64,000 nt of DNA from Octopus bimaculoides (lineage: Eukaryota): contig NC_068981.1 in NCBI RefSeq assembly GCF_001194135.2, forward strand, positions 120,892,242-120,956,241, written 5' to 3'. Under the pieces are notes generated by a model. That model was not told the DNA's origin and did no database searches. It saw only the letters and a program-made list of their open reading frames with translations. Positions 1 to 14,328 of the stretch are shown one piece after another. Made by a program: the position numbers and the translations under genes. Position 1 is the first letter of the stretch. Every line of letters starts with the position of its first letter.

Positions 1-165
1 GGCACGAACCCAAACTGCATCTCATCTAAATTGATTCGCTCCCTAATTAGTTGGGCTATGACCCTCTCTGTAACTTTCATAACCTGATCTAACAGCTTGA
101 TGCCTCTGTAATTATTTGTATCTAAAGCGTCACCTTTACCTTTGTAGCAGTTGACTATGATGCTG
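1..165 (-). mobile_element. RTE-clade LINE reverse transcriptase fragment
   Basis: The minus strand encodes IIVNCYKGKGDALDTNNYRGIKLLDQVMKVTERVIAQLIRERINLDEMQFGFVP; near-identical to 25871-25976. Confidence 0.88.
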
Positions 166-2515
166 CTAATAATAAGTAAAGACCAAATATACAGTGCATG
201 TATTTAATTGACAAAGTATGACCATCCTCAAGTGTATCAATATCTGTTTCAACACATGATTTCACATCAGGAATCTTGCAAAGCAAATAGTTAAATGCAA
301 GAAAGCTAATACATTTATATAAAATAATAATGAAAATTAAAAAAAAGAAATATAATTAAACCTTGGGAGAGGCATTATGCCGGTAATAAACACACGCACT
401 GGTTCAGTCTTTTATTAATTTATAAACAATATATAGTTTTTTGTTAAATTATTTCATTGCACTCTTGCAATCTCTTCAGTAACTTGTCTCTCCACTTCCA
501 TTTATTTTGAATGTATGAGTTAGCGTTGTTTTGAAACTGTTCGGTATGAGCATGTGAGTGTGTGCAAGCTCGTATGTGTGCACGCTCATATGTGTGCACA
601 CACTTATGTGTGCACACACTTATGTGTTCGTGCTTATATGTAAGTATGTGCGTCCATATGTGTGTTTGTAACAATTTCGTTTATATCAGATAAGATAGAG
701 ACTTTGGACTTGGTTTTGGTTTCCTTTCTGTTATATAAAAGAAAGACATCAGAAAAAGCTTGGTATTTTTTTATCAATGTGGCCAAAATATAAACACTAG
801 TTAAGTACTAGTGTTAATACTATTGAGTGTATCTTGTTTCATCTAAAATATGAAGCCTTGTACTGCAGTTAGGAATCCTTATTTTAATTGGTGCTACTGC
901 ACAGATCAAGAACCACTGAGTTGTATTTTTCTTTCAGCAATTATCAACATTTTTACACAAGAGATACTAATATCTGTAGGCAGGCATGTTGTTTTAAAAG
1001 TATTTTAATGCAAGATGTATCTGGAAAGTCAATCTACTTTAATGCTTCAGCATTCAGATTACTCTTTGTTTTGAATTAATCATACAGTGTCTTATAACTT
1101 TGAGATTTCAGTGATGTGAATTTTATTTTTAGTAAGATCTGAAAGGATAGGCATGAGAGGCCAGGTCTGGCCAGTTTGAACATACAGCAGGCAGAATATT
1201 TGGGTCAGATATGGCTGGTTTAAATGCTAAAGGGTTAAAACATTTTCAACATTTTACCTCAGATTTCCCAAACTACAGTAGTTTTTAGATGATTCTTTTA
1301 AAAATGTAAACATGCACATGACTTGTTGAAACATTACTTTTTGTTGGGGATGGCAATTGGCTGTGAAACTAGCTAGGGTATCTCTTTTTGTAACTATCAG
1401 ACCTCAGTCTACTACTGACATATCATTCAGTCAAGAACAGTATATGGTTTGTGGCAATATTCCATTTTGTTACTTTTACCAGACTGCTAGACTATATACT
1501 CCCCACTTCTTTCTCAAGTAAAAACTATTTGTCCTTCTCTTGTAAAATCAACTGTGGTACTTGTTTTCACTAAAGAAGTACCAGTAGAGTCCTGGAGTCA
1601 GTGTAACCAACTAATCTACCTTTGCCAAACCTGCTGGCCTTATGCCAAAATTTGAAACCAATATTACTATTAATTGTAAGGTGGTGAGCTGGCAGAGTCA
1701 TCACTTCTTTGGACAAAATGCTTAGTGATATTTCTTTTGACTACATTTCAAGTTCAAATTCTTCTGGGGAATATTTTAGATCAGATATGATTAATACTCA
1801 CTGATCTTAGATTTTCACTATTAGATGTTTAATGTCAGTGTGCATGAATGTTAGAGAGGAGAAATGAACTGGTATGAAAAGAAAAATTGGGTGGTATAGG
1901 AATCAGCTGTTGTTGCAAGAGATGAGACTACCTTTATATGCACATACTTATGAAGAGTTATATTTGGGTGAAGAAGGCTCAAGGGATCAAAGCAGTGGAA
2001 AGCAGTTGAAGAAAAAGACCAAAGAAAACATGTCAAGAAATGGTGAAGGCTGAGCTGAAGATGTTGAGTCACATGAAAGAAATAACAAAGGACCACAATT
2101 AGTGGAGAGGTGTTTGGTAGAAATGACTCAGCCAGCCCATGCCAGCAAGGAAAATCTGATATGCAACAATGATGAAGATGATAACACTGACCTTAAACTT
2201 TGTTTTTAATTGTATTGTAAAAATATGTTTTGAGCTCTTTAGCCTCTGCTCATTGTTGGATGTGAGTTACCTGTAATCTAGTGGATGGGAGTATTTGGGT
2301 GGTGCCTTGTGTTCTTAAGCAAAATACTTAATTTCTCATTGCTCTGCAATCATTTCGACACCTGATGTGTGGTACACAGTGCACTTGTTCAGGTAACACC
2401 AATTTGGAGAGAGTGAGCTAATGTGTGGCATGAACGTTTGATCTCTATAAGCAAACAATATGTGCAGGTCATGTGGTAAAGCTAAACACTCACACATCGT
2501 CATTGATGGGAGAGT

Positions 2516-2554
<39 letters not shown>

Positions 2555-2854
2555 ATATAAATATTAAAAATTTACAGATACATAAATATATAAAAATATA
2601 ATAGACATATATGAGTAGAAAAACTATACTGATGTATAAAAATATGTTAGCTTATTAGAAGACATATACTGAAGACATTGTCCTACTTACAGATTAAGAG
2701 TGTTGTTAAAAAGATATAAAAAAAATATATTAAAAAGTAAAAGTGTAAATCCTTGCAGAAAGGTGACTAAAGAAATGTTGAAGCATCCAGATGGAAGGTA
2801 AAGTTTCCAATGATTAGATGGTGGTACACCAATTTCAAGAATTAAGTGACGATA

Positions 2855-2943
2855 CTCCGACGGCTGTTTCAGGGGTACAGTAATCCATAGAAATAAAGGA
2901 TATTCCTATCCAAATTTTAGACACTGCCTCCTTCATCAGGGAG
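2855..2943 (-). ncRNA. Hammerhead motif in left arm of inverted repeat
   Basis: The minus strand reads CTCC-CTGATGA-long stem II-GAAA-CAGCCG-TC-GGAG. Stem I is perfect (4 bp) and the stem III palindrome has one substitution. Confidence 0.58.
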
Positions 2944-3404
2944 AATGTATTAGTTAAGGATTCACATCTCATATAATGAGTAAATGGGTGTTTGATTTTA
3001 TAAGGAGCTATACGTGTTAGCAGGAAGAGGAAATATTATGGCAAGAATTGTGAGAAGTAAATTTAGAAAATATGGTAGATTATAAGCAAGTAATTATTCA
3101 TTAAGTGGAAGGTGAGAGGGGGTGTGAGTATAAATATTAGGTGGAATGTAGCTAATTATAGAGTTTAATGATGAATCTATCCAGATTGATCAAAATGCTT
3201 AAATGTTGAATGGTATCTATGGTTACAAGAGATACCATTCCTCTTAGTGAATAATTACTTGCTTATAATCTACAATATTTTCTAAATTTACTTCCCACAA
3301 TTCTTGCTATAATATTTCCTCTTCCTGCTAACACGTATAGCTCCTTATAAAACCAAACACCCATCTACTCATTATATGAGATGTGAATCCTTAAGTAATA
3401 CATT

Positions 3405-3493
3405 CTCCCTGATGAAGGAGGCAGTGTCCAAAATTTGGATAGGAATATCCTTTATTTCTATGGATTACTGTACCCTTGAAACAGCTGTCAGAG
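3405..3493 (+). ncRNA. Hammerhead motif (canonical core, long stem II) in right arm of inverted repeat
   Basis: CTCC-CTGATGA(3409-3415)-AGGAGGCAGTGTCCA...TGGATTACTGTACCCTT-GAAA(3478-3481)-CAGCTG-TC-AGAG. Stem III is palindromic; the first stem I pair is mismatched in this copy. Confidence 0.58.
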
Positions 3494-4559
3494 TATCACC
3501 ACTTAATTCTTGAAATTGGAGTACCACTATCTAATCATTGGAAACTTTACCTTCCATCTTGATGCTTAAACATTTTCTTCACATACAAACACACATACCT
3601 GCATATACACATGCTCCCCCTCTCCCCCCCCCCCCACACATGTATGGAACGGAACGTCTCTGTAGTTGTTTGAAGTGCTAGAAATTTTACTCAAATCACC
3701 CTTCTTTCACACCTTACCATCTTAAAAAAGGGGAGGTGACACATTGGCTGATATAACCCTAGAATACACTATTTCTTTAAGGTTGAGGATTATCTAGAAT
3801 AGGTCAGCCAAATAAGAGCTTGCCTTGGGGAAATGAAGAATTCACTGTGGTTGCTGAACCTTTTAGAAATATCAGCCAAATATCACTCAGAACCACACAT
3901 TACTACCTTAAAAATAGGACATTTTGGATGATGTATACTTGAAGATAAGAATATGATAGTCCTGCCTGATATACATTGTTTCATAGATTTGCCAGTTCAA
4001 AGCTGGGCTGGTCATATGTTGAGCTTCAAGAGCAACTACATGTCTCTCTCTTCTTCATCACCTGTATTAAGACCTGCTTCTGTTAACTCACTCTATCAGC
4101 ACCAACAAACACCTTTAGTAGTAGTCATTCGTTCTGAGAACCACATCAGTACAGAACTTTCCCAGCATTAACCTTCATCATTCTTATTCTTTATTTACTT
4201 CTCATTTTTAATGTACGCATCACTGTTCATCTTCTTTATTTAATGGTGTATGAGCTGACTATATGACTGTGTAATCTAACAATTATTACGTTAGATAATA
4301 ATAATGGTTTCAAATTTTGGTACGTGGCCAGCAGCTTTGATGGAGGGGTTAAGTGTATTACATTGACATCAGTGCACAACTGGTACTTATTTTATTGACC
4401 CTCAAAAGGATGAAAGGCAAACAACAAACAACAAACCCCCACTGAACCCTCCAAAAAACAAATGCCTTACCTTATAGCTGCGCTTTCAAAGTTCTTCAGT
4501 CCAACAGTGCTGCAAAGCAACATCTTGACAACAACAGTGCAGCAATAAAACTGTTGTTG

Positions 4560-4745
4560 TCATCTACTTTGAGAGATCGGCACTTCTTTATGGAACTATC
4601 AGCATCCATCTGCATCACATGACCAAACCAGTGCAGTCTTCTCTCTTGCACACAACAACTAATTCCTCTTATGCTTAACTTCTCTCTCAAAACAGTGGCA
4701 CTCTATCGAACATGTACACTTATGTTACACATCTAATCCGTTCTA
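4560..4745 (-). mobile_element. RTE LINE C-terminal fragment
   Basis: ORF 4496..4690 reads REKLSIRGISCCVQERRLHWFGHVMQMDADSSIKKCRSLKV, the RRLxWxGHV motif of RTE ORF2. Related remnants lie near 7210-7380, 16345-16520 and 57000-57165. Confidence 0.8.
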
Positions 4746-5544
4746 CTATAGGCACAACAGGAAACAAAAAAAAACCCAAGGAAATAGAATTGTTTCTTTA
4801 TTTCTGTAAGTCATGTTGCCTCAATAAACTTGACTGAAGTTAAAGGTGATGAAATTTTGAGTGGTTATATCTGATTTCTGTAGTAAAAGGGTTAAAGGCA
4901 TGGTTGTGTAGTAAGCAGTTTGCTTCCCAACCACGTGGTCCTGCGTTCAATCCCACTGTATGATGAGTGGATTTGGTAGATGAAAAGGAAAAGAAGTTTG
5001 TTGTATATATGTGTGCTCTGTATCTCTGTGTTTGTCTCCAGCCATTTTTTGATGCTGTTTACTTCCTTCTCTGGTCTCTCAACTCCTGATGAAGTTGTAG
5101 GGATACTATTGTGATGATATAGGACATATTTTGAGCATCTTAAACCTGATAGAGCCTGTCCCTCTCCAGGTCTGAACAACACAAATTTCTTTCAGCATAA
5201 AAGACAGGAAGTGAAAAAGCTGAAGAATTGACTCCAGTCATGCACTGGCATTTTATTTACCAATCCCAAAGGATGAAAGGCAAAATATCTCTCAATGGGA
5301 TTTAAACTCAGAATGCAGATTGTTTGAGTGAACATTGCAAAGCAGTCTATCCTATGCACTAATGTCTCTACCAACTCACTAATTATCATGCATTTACTAC
5401 CCTATGTTCACTACTATATGTTTACTGTTGTATGTTCACAAATTCATGTTTATTGATGATAATGGATACAGTTTTTACTGTCTTATGTTTCTATTTAACA
5501 TGTTCACAACTGTTTAGTTATTTCTTGTTCTGTCTTTTGTCCAG

Positions 5545-5754
5545 TTTCACAGGGATTTAACTACCAAGTAGCATTCCAGAAAACACAAGTACCGAGATTC
5601 CTTGGCTTGAGTGATGATGATGACGATGACGATGACGATGATACAATTCCGTCTCGGTCAGGTTTTCACAGTTGGGGTCAGGGCCGGCGTCTTGGCGAGG
5701 AAGCAGACAACGAAGAATCTCATCGGGAAGAACACGATGGCCAAGAAGTCCAAA
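5545..5754 (+). CDS. Coding exon A (poly-Asp, SHP box 1)
   Basis: Acceptor is ttttgtccag (alternative cag at 5552); donor is gtaagt at 5755. It translates SQGFNYQVAFQKTQVPRFLGLSD10TIPSRSGFHSWGQGRRLGEEADNEESHREEHDGQEVQ. GC/CpG content is above the flanks. The ORF track shows a different frame here. Confidence 0.82.
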
Positions 5755-8700
5755 GTAAGTTTTGATGGTCTCTTAATGAACCTGTATATTCACCTCATCT
5801 ATACACTGCACACTGCTAGATTCAGTCTTGATGTTTACAACCTTCATGTTTACATCAAAATTTGTATTATATTACATTAGTTATCTGAATTACATTCTCT
5901 AGTTTCATGCATATGAAGATATTTTTTCTTTCATGTCTGGTATTCTTGTAATGTATTGTTACTGTTAGTTTGTGGTTAAGTGCAATACATGTGTTTTACT
6001 TTATGATTTTCTTTCTATTGATGTAAACATCCAAGTTCTGATGTAAACATGTGAAATGCAATGAAAAATCTCAACTGTCCAAATAATAGATTTCAATGTG
6101 ATGCACAGTCACTCTGTCTTTTGCTACATCTGTACCATTCAACATTGGTCCTATCCAAGTCCTGCTAAAGCTCATACTAATGACCATATCTTCTCTATAA
6201 TCTCCCATGCCACACATAAAATGCACTTGTGCTGGTGATTTGTAAAAGCCCCCAACACACTATGTAAACTGGTTGGCATTATGAAGGGCATCCAGCCATA
6301 GAAACAATGCCAAAACAGATAATTGGGGCCTGGACAGCTCTCTGGTTGGTCAAATCCTGTCAAACTATTCAATCCATGCCAGCATGGAAAATGGATGTTA
6401 AACGATGATGATGATAACAGACAAAACACAACACAGTGCAGATAAGTATTTACTTAAGCCCTTTGCTCCCTATGGGGCATAAGCCATTGATAAGCTTTCT
6501 CCACTGTTCTTGACTCCAGTTCATCTTATCTGCTTCTCTCCAGTTGGGGCCCTGCCTTAACCTTGCAGCTTCCTTAGAGATTTTGCTGCATAATGCTATA
6601 TTTCCTTGAGGGAAGGCCTTCTTCTCCCAGGTCTTGCTGGTTTTGAATTATCATTAATGCATCTGTAGCTTCACTTTGTTTCTAAGTAAGGATTTTACTC
6701 CTTGCAAACCCATTTTTCCTTTGAGGAAGAGGTAGTTCATATATTCGTCTGGAGAGAAGCAGATAAGATGAACTGGAGTCAAGAACCCTAACCCTAACCC
6801 TTTGACCTGTCAAGCATAGAGACCCTATCAGGAGCTTGTGCTCTGCTGGTATAGCTCTCAGCGTAATTGTAGCATACTACACAAGCCACCATCTTGCAAC
6901 AAGGGCTGGATCACATGCTGTATTGTAGACAAATGCTGGTGACTAATGGCATCAGTATACTCAGAACACTAGCCTCAATCCATATGGAGTTCACAAAAGT
7001 ATCATCATCATTTAACATCTGTTTTCCATGCTGGCATGGGTTGGATGGTTTGATAGGAACTGATAAGGCATCAGGTTTCATAGTCTGTTTTGGCCTGGTT
7101 TCTATGTCTGTATGCCCTTTCTAATGTCAATGACTTCACAAAGTGTACTGGGTACCTTTTAAGTGGCATCAGCACCAGTGCTTTTTACGTAGCACTTTGG
7201 TTTTAGGATTTCAATTCTGTTGTGGTGGACAGGTCTTCTCAAGTACAGCAATGCCCCACATATCTCTGTCCTCTGTCATCACCTTTGTAAGGTTCAGCGT
7301 TTTGAGATCAGCTTTCAAAACTTCATCCTTGGGTCTCCCTCTTCCACAACTTCCCTCCACTTTAAGCGATCAGCACTTCTATAACTCTGACTACAAATTG
7401 TCTAGCTCAACCAACATACATATGCGTATGTTTGTGTGTGTGCATGTTGTATGACTGCTTTTGTATCTGTGTATGCAAGAGACGAGGATAACCACCAATC
7501 TCAGATGTACAGTGATACTTCAGGTGGAGACTGTAGTTTTTGGTAGTCTAGTTGGTAGCAGACACGTTGCTTTAGTTTGATAGTATGCGAGGTAGTTGAA
7601 GTGTTACCTAGATTTGGTAGTATAAACAATAGTGGGAGTTTTGTTAAACTATGATAATTTTTGCAGTATGGGTGGTTGTAGAGGTGTTGTGTAGGCTTGA
7701 CAGGTTTTTTTTTTTTGTACATGTAGATTTCATTAGTATAGGAGGTCATATCAGTTTTATGTAGGTTTAATAATTCATAATAGTATGGGTGATAGTAGAG
7801 ATGTTGTAGTAATTTTTGTAGCTTCCAGTTGTGTGGTTTGTAGTGGCAGTGTTGTGTAGATTTTGTGAGTTACTTGGTGACCTCACAAGTGCTGTTGATA
7901 CAGAAAAAAAGCACCTTGTACACAATGTAAATTGGTTGGCGTTAGGTATCCAGCCTAGAAACCATGCCAAAGTTGACATTTGAGCTCCATGTCACCATGT
8001 AGCTCACTCGATCCTGTCAAACCACTCAATCCATATCAGCATGGAAAATGGGCGTTATATAATGATGTTGATGACGACAACAACAATGATGATGATGATG
8101 ATGACGGTGATGTTGACAAGGCGGTAGGATCACATTTGGGTAGATTTGATAATTTGTAATAGTACAAATCGTTGCCAGTGCCGCTGGACTGGCTCTTGTG
8201 CAGGTGTCACGTAAAATACACCATTTTGAACGTGGCTGTTGCCAGTACCGCCCGCCTGGCCTTTGTGCCGGTGGCACGTAAAAGCACCCACTACACTCTC
8301 GGCGTGGTTGGCATTAGGAAGAGCATCCAGCTGTGGAAACTCTGCCAAATCAGATTGGAGCCTGGTGTAGCCATCTGGTTCACCAGTCCCCAGTCAAATC
8401 GTCCAACCCATGCTAGCATAGAAAGCGGGCGTTAAACGATGATGATGATGATGATGATGACAAGTAGTAGTACAGATGTAATAGTTTTTATAGTTTCCCG
8501 TAATGTCGTGTGTAGCAGCAGTGATGTATAGGTTTGGTGTTAGTGGCAGCACAGTGTAAGGTTAAATGTGTTATGTATGATAACTATACTTGTCAGTGCA
8601 GTGATTGAATCTTGTTTTCTGGTTTCAATTAGTAATAATATCTCTGTAGGTTAACTGATCATCTAGTAAACATAAATCATTTTGGATTATGTAATGAAAT

Positions 8701-8979
8701 CAGATGAAAAATAGTCTTTGTTTGCAATTGAGTCATTACTCAAAAGTCTGTCTTCAAATGGCAAACATTTAAACAGTCTTTATTTTTATAAAAGTTATAC
8801 TAACAAAATATGCTTTTGGATTTCTTTCTTTTTCTCTCTCTTTGTTTTATTTTGATTGGCAGGGTGAGGGGATGTTGTTATAAACCCTGTTATAATATCA
8901 CTGTTTAATTGTCTTAATATTATCCAGATATGTTTATTTGAAATACTCTTTAATGGCTGAGCTCATCTCCAAATCGTGG

Positions 8980-9016
<37 letters not shown>

Positions 9017-9329
9017 AAAGTGTAAAAACAAAAAGCAGTTAATGTGTTTACATTGTTAGTTCAATAGTTATTTCATCCTCTGCTACTATTCTTGGCTTGT
9101 ATCAATAGTCTAAACTGCATGAAAATACCAGCCCGACATTCATCTTGTTCTGCGATCTGTGGTCTGCACACTCACTTCAGTACTACCTCAATGTCGTTAG
9201 CTGGAATTCTATAAAAGGCTAGTCAGTTTCTTGAAAGCGTGCCAAGGAAGATTATCTTTGTACAGTATTGGTAAACAATGTAATAGAGGAACTATGAAAT
9301 ATAATTTGCCAAAAGAATTCAAATTTGCT

Positions 9330-9373
<44 letters not shown>

Positions 9374-9546
9374 ATTATTATTATTATTATTTTTTTTTTT
9401 TCTTCTTCATTCTTTTTGCTTCTTTTATTTTCTCATCTGTCTGTAGTCTGTGGTGGCGATAGGCCAGGCTAGCTAAACTTGCTTAACCTAAGAACTTTAT
9501 ACATTTATCTTTAACTCTTTAAGATTGCCTGAATATCAAGCAACAA

Positions 9547-9584
<38 letters not shown>

Positions 9585-9641
9585 CAACATCATCATCGTT
9601 GTTGTCATCATTGTTATCATTTATTATTATTTTTGTAATCA

Positions 9642-9672
<31 letters not shown>

Positions 9673-10071
9673 ATTATTATTATTATTATTATTATTATTG
9701 CATGATTTCACTGCATAGATGAGTGCAGTTCTGTGTGCCTTGGGTGTGTACTGTTTTGTTTCATTTGGTTTTTATGTTATTTAATTGTATAGAGAGTTGG
9801 GAGTAGTATTCTTTGTAATACATGCACACTAGTGCTGTTTCCTGTATGAAAGTGAAACAGTAGAATTTGGGATAACAGTGTAATGGCTTGCATCAGCAAA
9901 GAAAAAAAGAAAACACAATTAGAAAAAAATTGTAAAGTGGAATAAATCATTTTGCAATGAGAAAGAAGACTCTGGCTGTAAGGTCTGTATGTTGTTTGAA
10001 AGGCACAAGTATGGATATGTGGTTATTGAGTTTACTTCATACTCATGTGATTTTTGGTTATCTTTCACTGT

Positions 10072-10102
<31 letters not shown>

Positions 10103-10729
10103 AGTGTCCATTGTCCATGTCATCATGGGTCGGACGGTTTGACCAGGGCTGGATAGCTGAGGGGCTGCACCAAGCTCCAGTCTGATTTGGCATGGATTCT
10201 TTGGCTGGATGCCATGCCTAACACCAACCACTCTGAGAGTGTAAAGGGTGCTTTTACATGCCACCAGCACAGTTGTCAGTTGTGTGGCACCAGTATCTGC
10301 CACGACTACAATTTCACTTGGTTTGGTGGGTCATCATATTTTCTTATAATCTTTTATTATAGCTCCAGACTCAGCAATGCTTTGTGAGTGAAACTGGCAG
10401 ATGGTTATTATACTAAAGCATATTGCCCATGTGTGTATGCATGGGAGCTTTTTTTTTCCATGTGTCATCATACTGGCACAATTTGAGTGCCAGTAATGCC
10501 ATGTTTATGTCACCTGTAAATGATATGTACTGCAGTTTTATTGGGTTTTGGTACGTGAAAATAAGGGAAATAAAGTAATTTCCTTGAAAATAATTGAGTT
10601 TTGGTCACAGGAAGTACATCCTATTTTAGAATAAGGCCTGCTGAAGTCTAATCCAACCCATTCCAGCATGGGTAAAAAGCAGAAAAATGAAGAAGGTGAT
10701 GATGGTGATGATGATGATGATGATGAGGG

Positions 10730-10761
<32 letters not shown>

Positions 10762-13700
10762 GTGATGATGATGATGATAATGATGACGATGACGACAATG
10801 ACAACAATGATGACAATGGCAACGACGATGACAATGATGATGCGTATGTTTAAGTCCTGATGTTTTAATTAAGCATTCCTCAGCATTTTTTCTTATCTTT
10901 CACAAGGCATCTATTATTATAAGAATTGTTTCTTTTTTTGTGGATGTTTCTATTTCCAGATCTTTACATTTGGATGGTTTCCCAAAGTCTTTCAGAGATG
11001 TGTTGGCAGTTTTTGAAATTAATATGCTAATTAATAGACAGTTCTTTGTCTGTAGTCTGTGATAATAACGTCTTGGGGTTTCTTTATAATTTCTTTGGTG
11101 TCACCACCTTCATCAACAGGCATGGTAGGCTACAAGAAATTTTGCATTCCCTCACATCTGCCTCATAGGAGTGACTGCCAACCCTCACCTTCTTTCTTGC
11201 TATCCCTCTGTGTGTGATTATGTTGAAGTTTTTCTGAAACCTAAAATTATCAAGAGCTGGTATTGAGTTACATCAGGAATGTGTAGCATTTGGAATTAGT
11301 TTTAGATTCATATTTGATTACAGTAACTTAATGAGTTAAGGTCTTGGTATCTATATAAGTTCAGTGAAGCCATAGATAAGGACTGAAAGATTCCAGAGGA
11401 GTTGTTCTGACACAATGTCATGCAAGACTTTAACTGTATGTTTTTAAAGTGTAGAAAATCCATGCACTGAGCCTATCCCACTTTCTAAACCAGGGGTTCT
11501 GTTTTATCTTCTGTTTTATCTCTGAACCCCTTTGATTACTATTTTATTCTGGTGGACCCCCCATAGCCATTCAGTGTTTAATGGCTCTGAAACGTCTTTC
11601 AAAATTCCTATTTTTTTTCCCGTATATAAACTTGTGTAGGTTGAATTGTGTAAGACATTTGAGAAAGAAACCTAGCTGTTTCTTGTAATGCATACCAGTA
11701 TATACATACAAAACAAAATTTTTTCAGGGGCCCTTAAAATACTATTGTGGATCCCCAGTTTACTATTTTGTTGTGTAGACCCCCGAAAGTCTTATACATA
11801 TGCTCAGGGGCCATATGGGCCCTGGTTGAGAACCATTGTTCTAAGTGAAGTAAACATTTGCCTATAAAGAACTAGTCTACATCACTGGATGCAAATGAAG
11901 TTGCAGGTGTTACCTCAGACTTTTCCTTCTCCAAGAGTGATGTCTAAACAAAGATCAGAGAGTCTCTAACTCTTGGCTATTGGATGACCATTGACTATAC
12001 TGAGTTCATCCCATCATATGACAAGTTTTGTTTTAGGTCCTGCAGAGTGTCCAATGAAAACTACGTGCCTTACTAAGCATGGTTGGTAGTGTTGCTGGTT
12101 TAGTGATTAATGACCCAACCATGCAACATGTACTAGGTTACATGTTATCAGTAACACAAAGTTACCTGATATAACATACATAGATATGTACATACATACA
12201 CATAAATATAAGTATGCACATGCATGCTACCCCTTATTGCATTAGTGCCCCTAGTGTGTGGTAGTGTTAATCGATCACTTATCTTAATTCTGCCATCTGG
12301 CTATTGAATGCCTTTAGTAGAACTTCCTTTAATAATCTGAGGGAAACTCAATATACTGATGTACTTATTCCTACTATAACAGCACTAGTTGTGATTTCTT
12401 TGTCCCTTTTATTACCTCACCAGTCTAAGATCCCTACAAAAATATCACGAGCTCAGCCCTTCCTTTAACTAAACTGTACAAGAAAGAAAGGAAAGCTAAA
12501 GAAAAGAAAATGTTATGACACTGGTCATATTATTCATTTAAAACATATAAAACATGATTTTGTATATATTATGCATTTAATACATTATACATGGTGAACT
12601 GATACAATTGTTAGCTTGTTGGACAAAAATTCTTATCAGTAGTTTTCTGGATCTTTGTGTTCTTTGTTCAAATCCCTCCTTGGTCAACTTTATAATTTTT
12701 TACCTTTCTGGGTCAATGAAACCAAGTATTATTGAAGTATTGAAACTGATGTAATTGACTTTCCCCTTTTCTACAAATGGTGACTTTGTGCCAGAATTTG
12801 AAGCAATTATACATTACATTTGATTCACCATATTTTAAAATATGTTTTAGATATGATATTGTCTCTTATAAATGATTTAAAGAGAAGAAATTGTTACCAA
12901 ATACAAGTCATACACACCTGAATAATGCTTTCACTACAGAATCAGGATGAATATTATGTTAGATGCGACATGTTTTAACAATGAAATAAGGATGGATATC
13001 AAATTAGATGCTATATCAGTGATTCCATTTGTGGTGGGGCATACACCTCATCAGCGGGACCGGCGAAGACTGCAGTGGGATGTGGGATCCAAAATTGTTT
13101 TCTGTTTTGTTTTTTAGTGGGACATGGAATTGTGAAAATGTACTATGCCTTTACTCAGCCTAGCCAAACCAATCCCTCCAGCCAAGCATATTTTGTGAAG
13201 ACCTATTTGTTAGTGTACAGTGGTATTTTAATGCCCTAATGTGAATAGGAAATTATTTGATTAATATTGATTTCAAATTTTGGCACCATTGTTCAACTGG
13301 TACTTAATTTATCAACCTCAAAAGGATGAAAGACAAAGTCAACCTTGGCAGAATTTGATATAATTATGAAATATTAAAAATAAGTTATTTTTTCCCAACC
13401 AGGCATTTTTCTTGAAAGTTATAGTGGGGGGCCTGGTGGAAAATATGTTGGAAAACATAGCACTACATGTTCTGACTACAAAATGAGGATAAATATCAAA
13501 ACAGATGCTACATGTTCTAACTATAAAATTAAGAAGGTCATTATATTAGGTGCTGCATGTTCTTATTAGATGCTTCAGGTTATGACTATTAAATAGGATG
13601 GATATCGAATGAAATGCTACATGTTCTAATTTCCTACCACCCTGCACTACCATTAACGAAGCACTTGTGGTTTGCATAATGTCACAGCAGAAGAACTGCT

Positions 13701-14291
13701 GCATATGCAGGGTGGGTATTAGTTCAATCATGAAATGGTCAATTGGTCATATAGCTGAGCTATGCCTCAACAGTAATAATATTGGTTTCAAATTTTGGTC
13801 AAGGCCAGGAATTTTGAGAAAGGTAGATTGGTTGATTTCATCAACCCCAGTTTTTAACTGATACTTATTTCATGGACCCCCCGCCACCCGGCAAAAGAAT
13901 GAAAGGCAAAGATGATCTCAGTGTAATTTGAGCTCAGAATGTAAAGACAGACAAAAATGCTGTTAAGCATTTTGCCTGGTGTGCTAGCATTTCTGCCAAC
14001 TCACCACCTTAACAGCAACACCAAAACAACAGTAATACTACTAATAATAATCTTTTCTACTAAAGATACAAGGTCTGAAATTTTGGTGGAGGGGCTAGTT
14101 GATTGCTGCCCCAGTGTTTCACTAATACTTAATTTATCGGCCCCCGAAAGGATGAAAGGCAAAGTTGACCTCAGTGGAATTCAACTCTGCCTTTCATCCT
14201 TTTGGGGTCAATAAATTAAGTACCAGTGAAACACTGGGGTTGATGTAATCGACTTACCCCTTCCCTGAAATTGCTGGCCTTGTGTCAAAAT

Positions 14292-14328
<37 letters not shown>

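Larger units (their letters stand above)
2773..3575. mobile_element. Long inverted repeat, probable Penelope-like element relic
   Basis: Arms 2773-3110 and 3238-3575 (about 338 bp each) are near-complementary around a 127-bp spacer. Each arm carries a hammerhead. Inverted pseudo-LTRs with hammerheads are typical of Penelope-like elements, but no RT was seen. Confidence 0.6.

Noticed and set aside
5611-5880. ORF MMMMTMTMTM...KKSKVSF
   Set aside because: Wrong frame. The frame that joins the next exon and contains the SHP box is the poly-Asp frame.
10668-10853. Poly-Asp ORF resembling an acidic exon
   Set aside because: It is the (GAT)n tail of a family C repeat, and I saw no supporting splice sites.
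13020-13065. Minus-strand CTGATGA-GGTG...CACC
   Set aside because: Not followed by GAAA, and there is no stem I.
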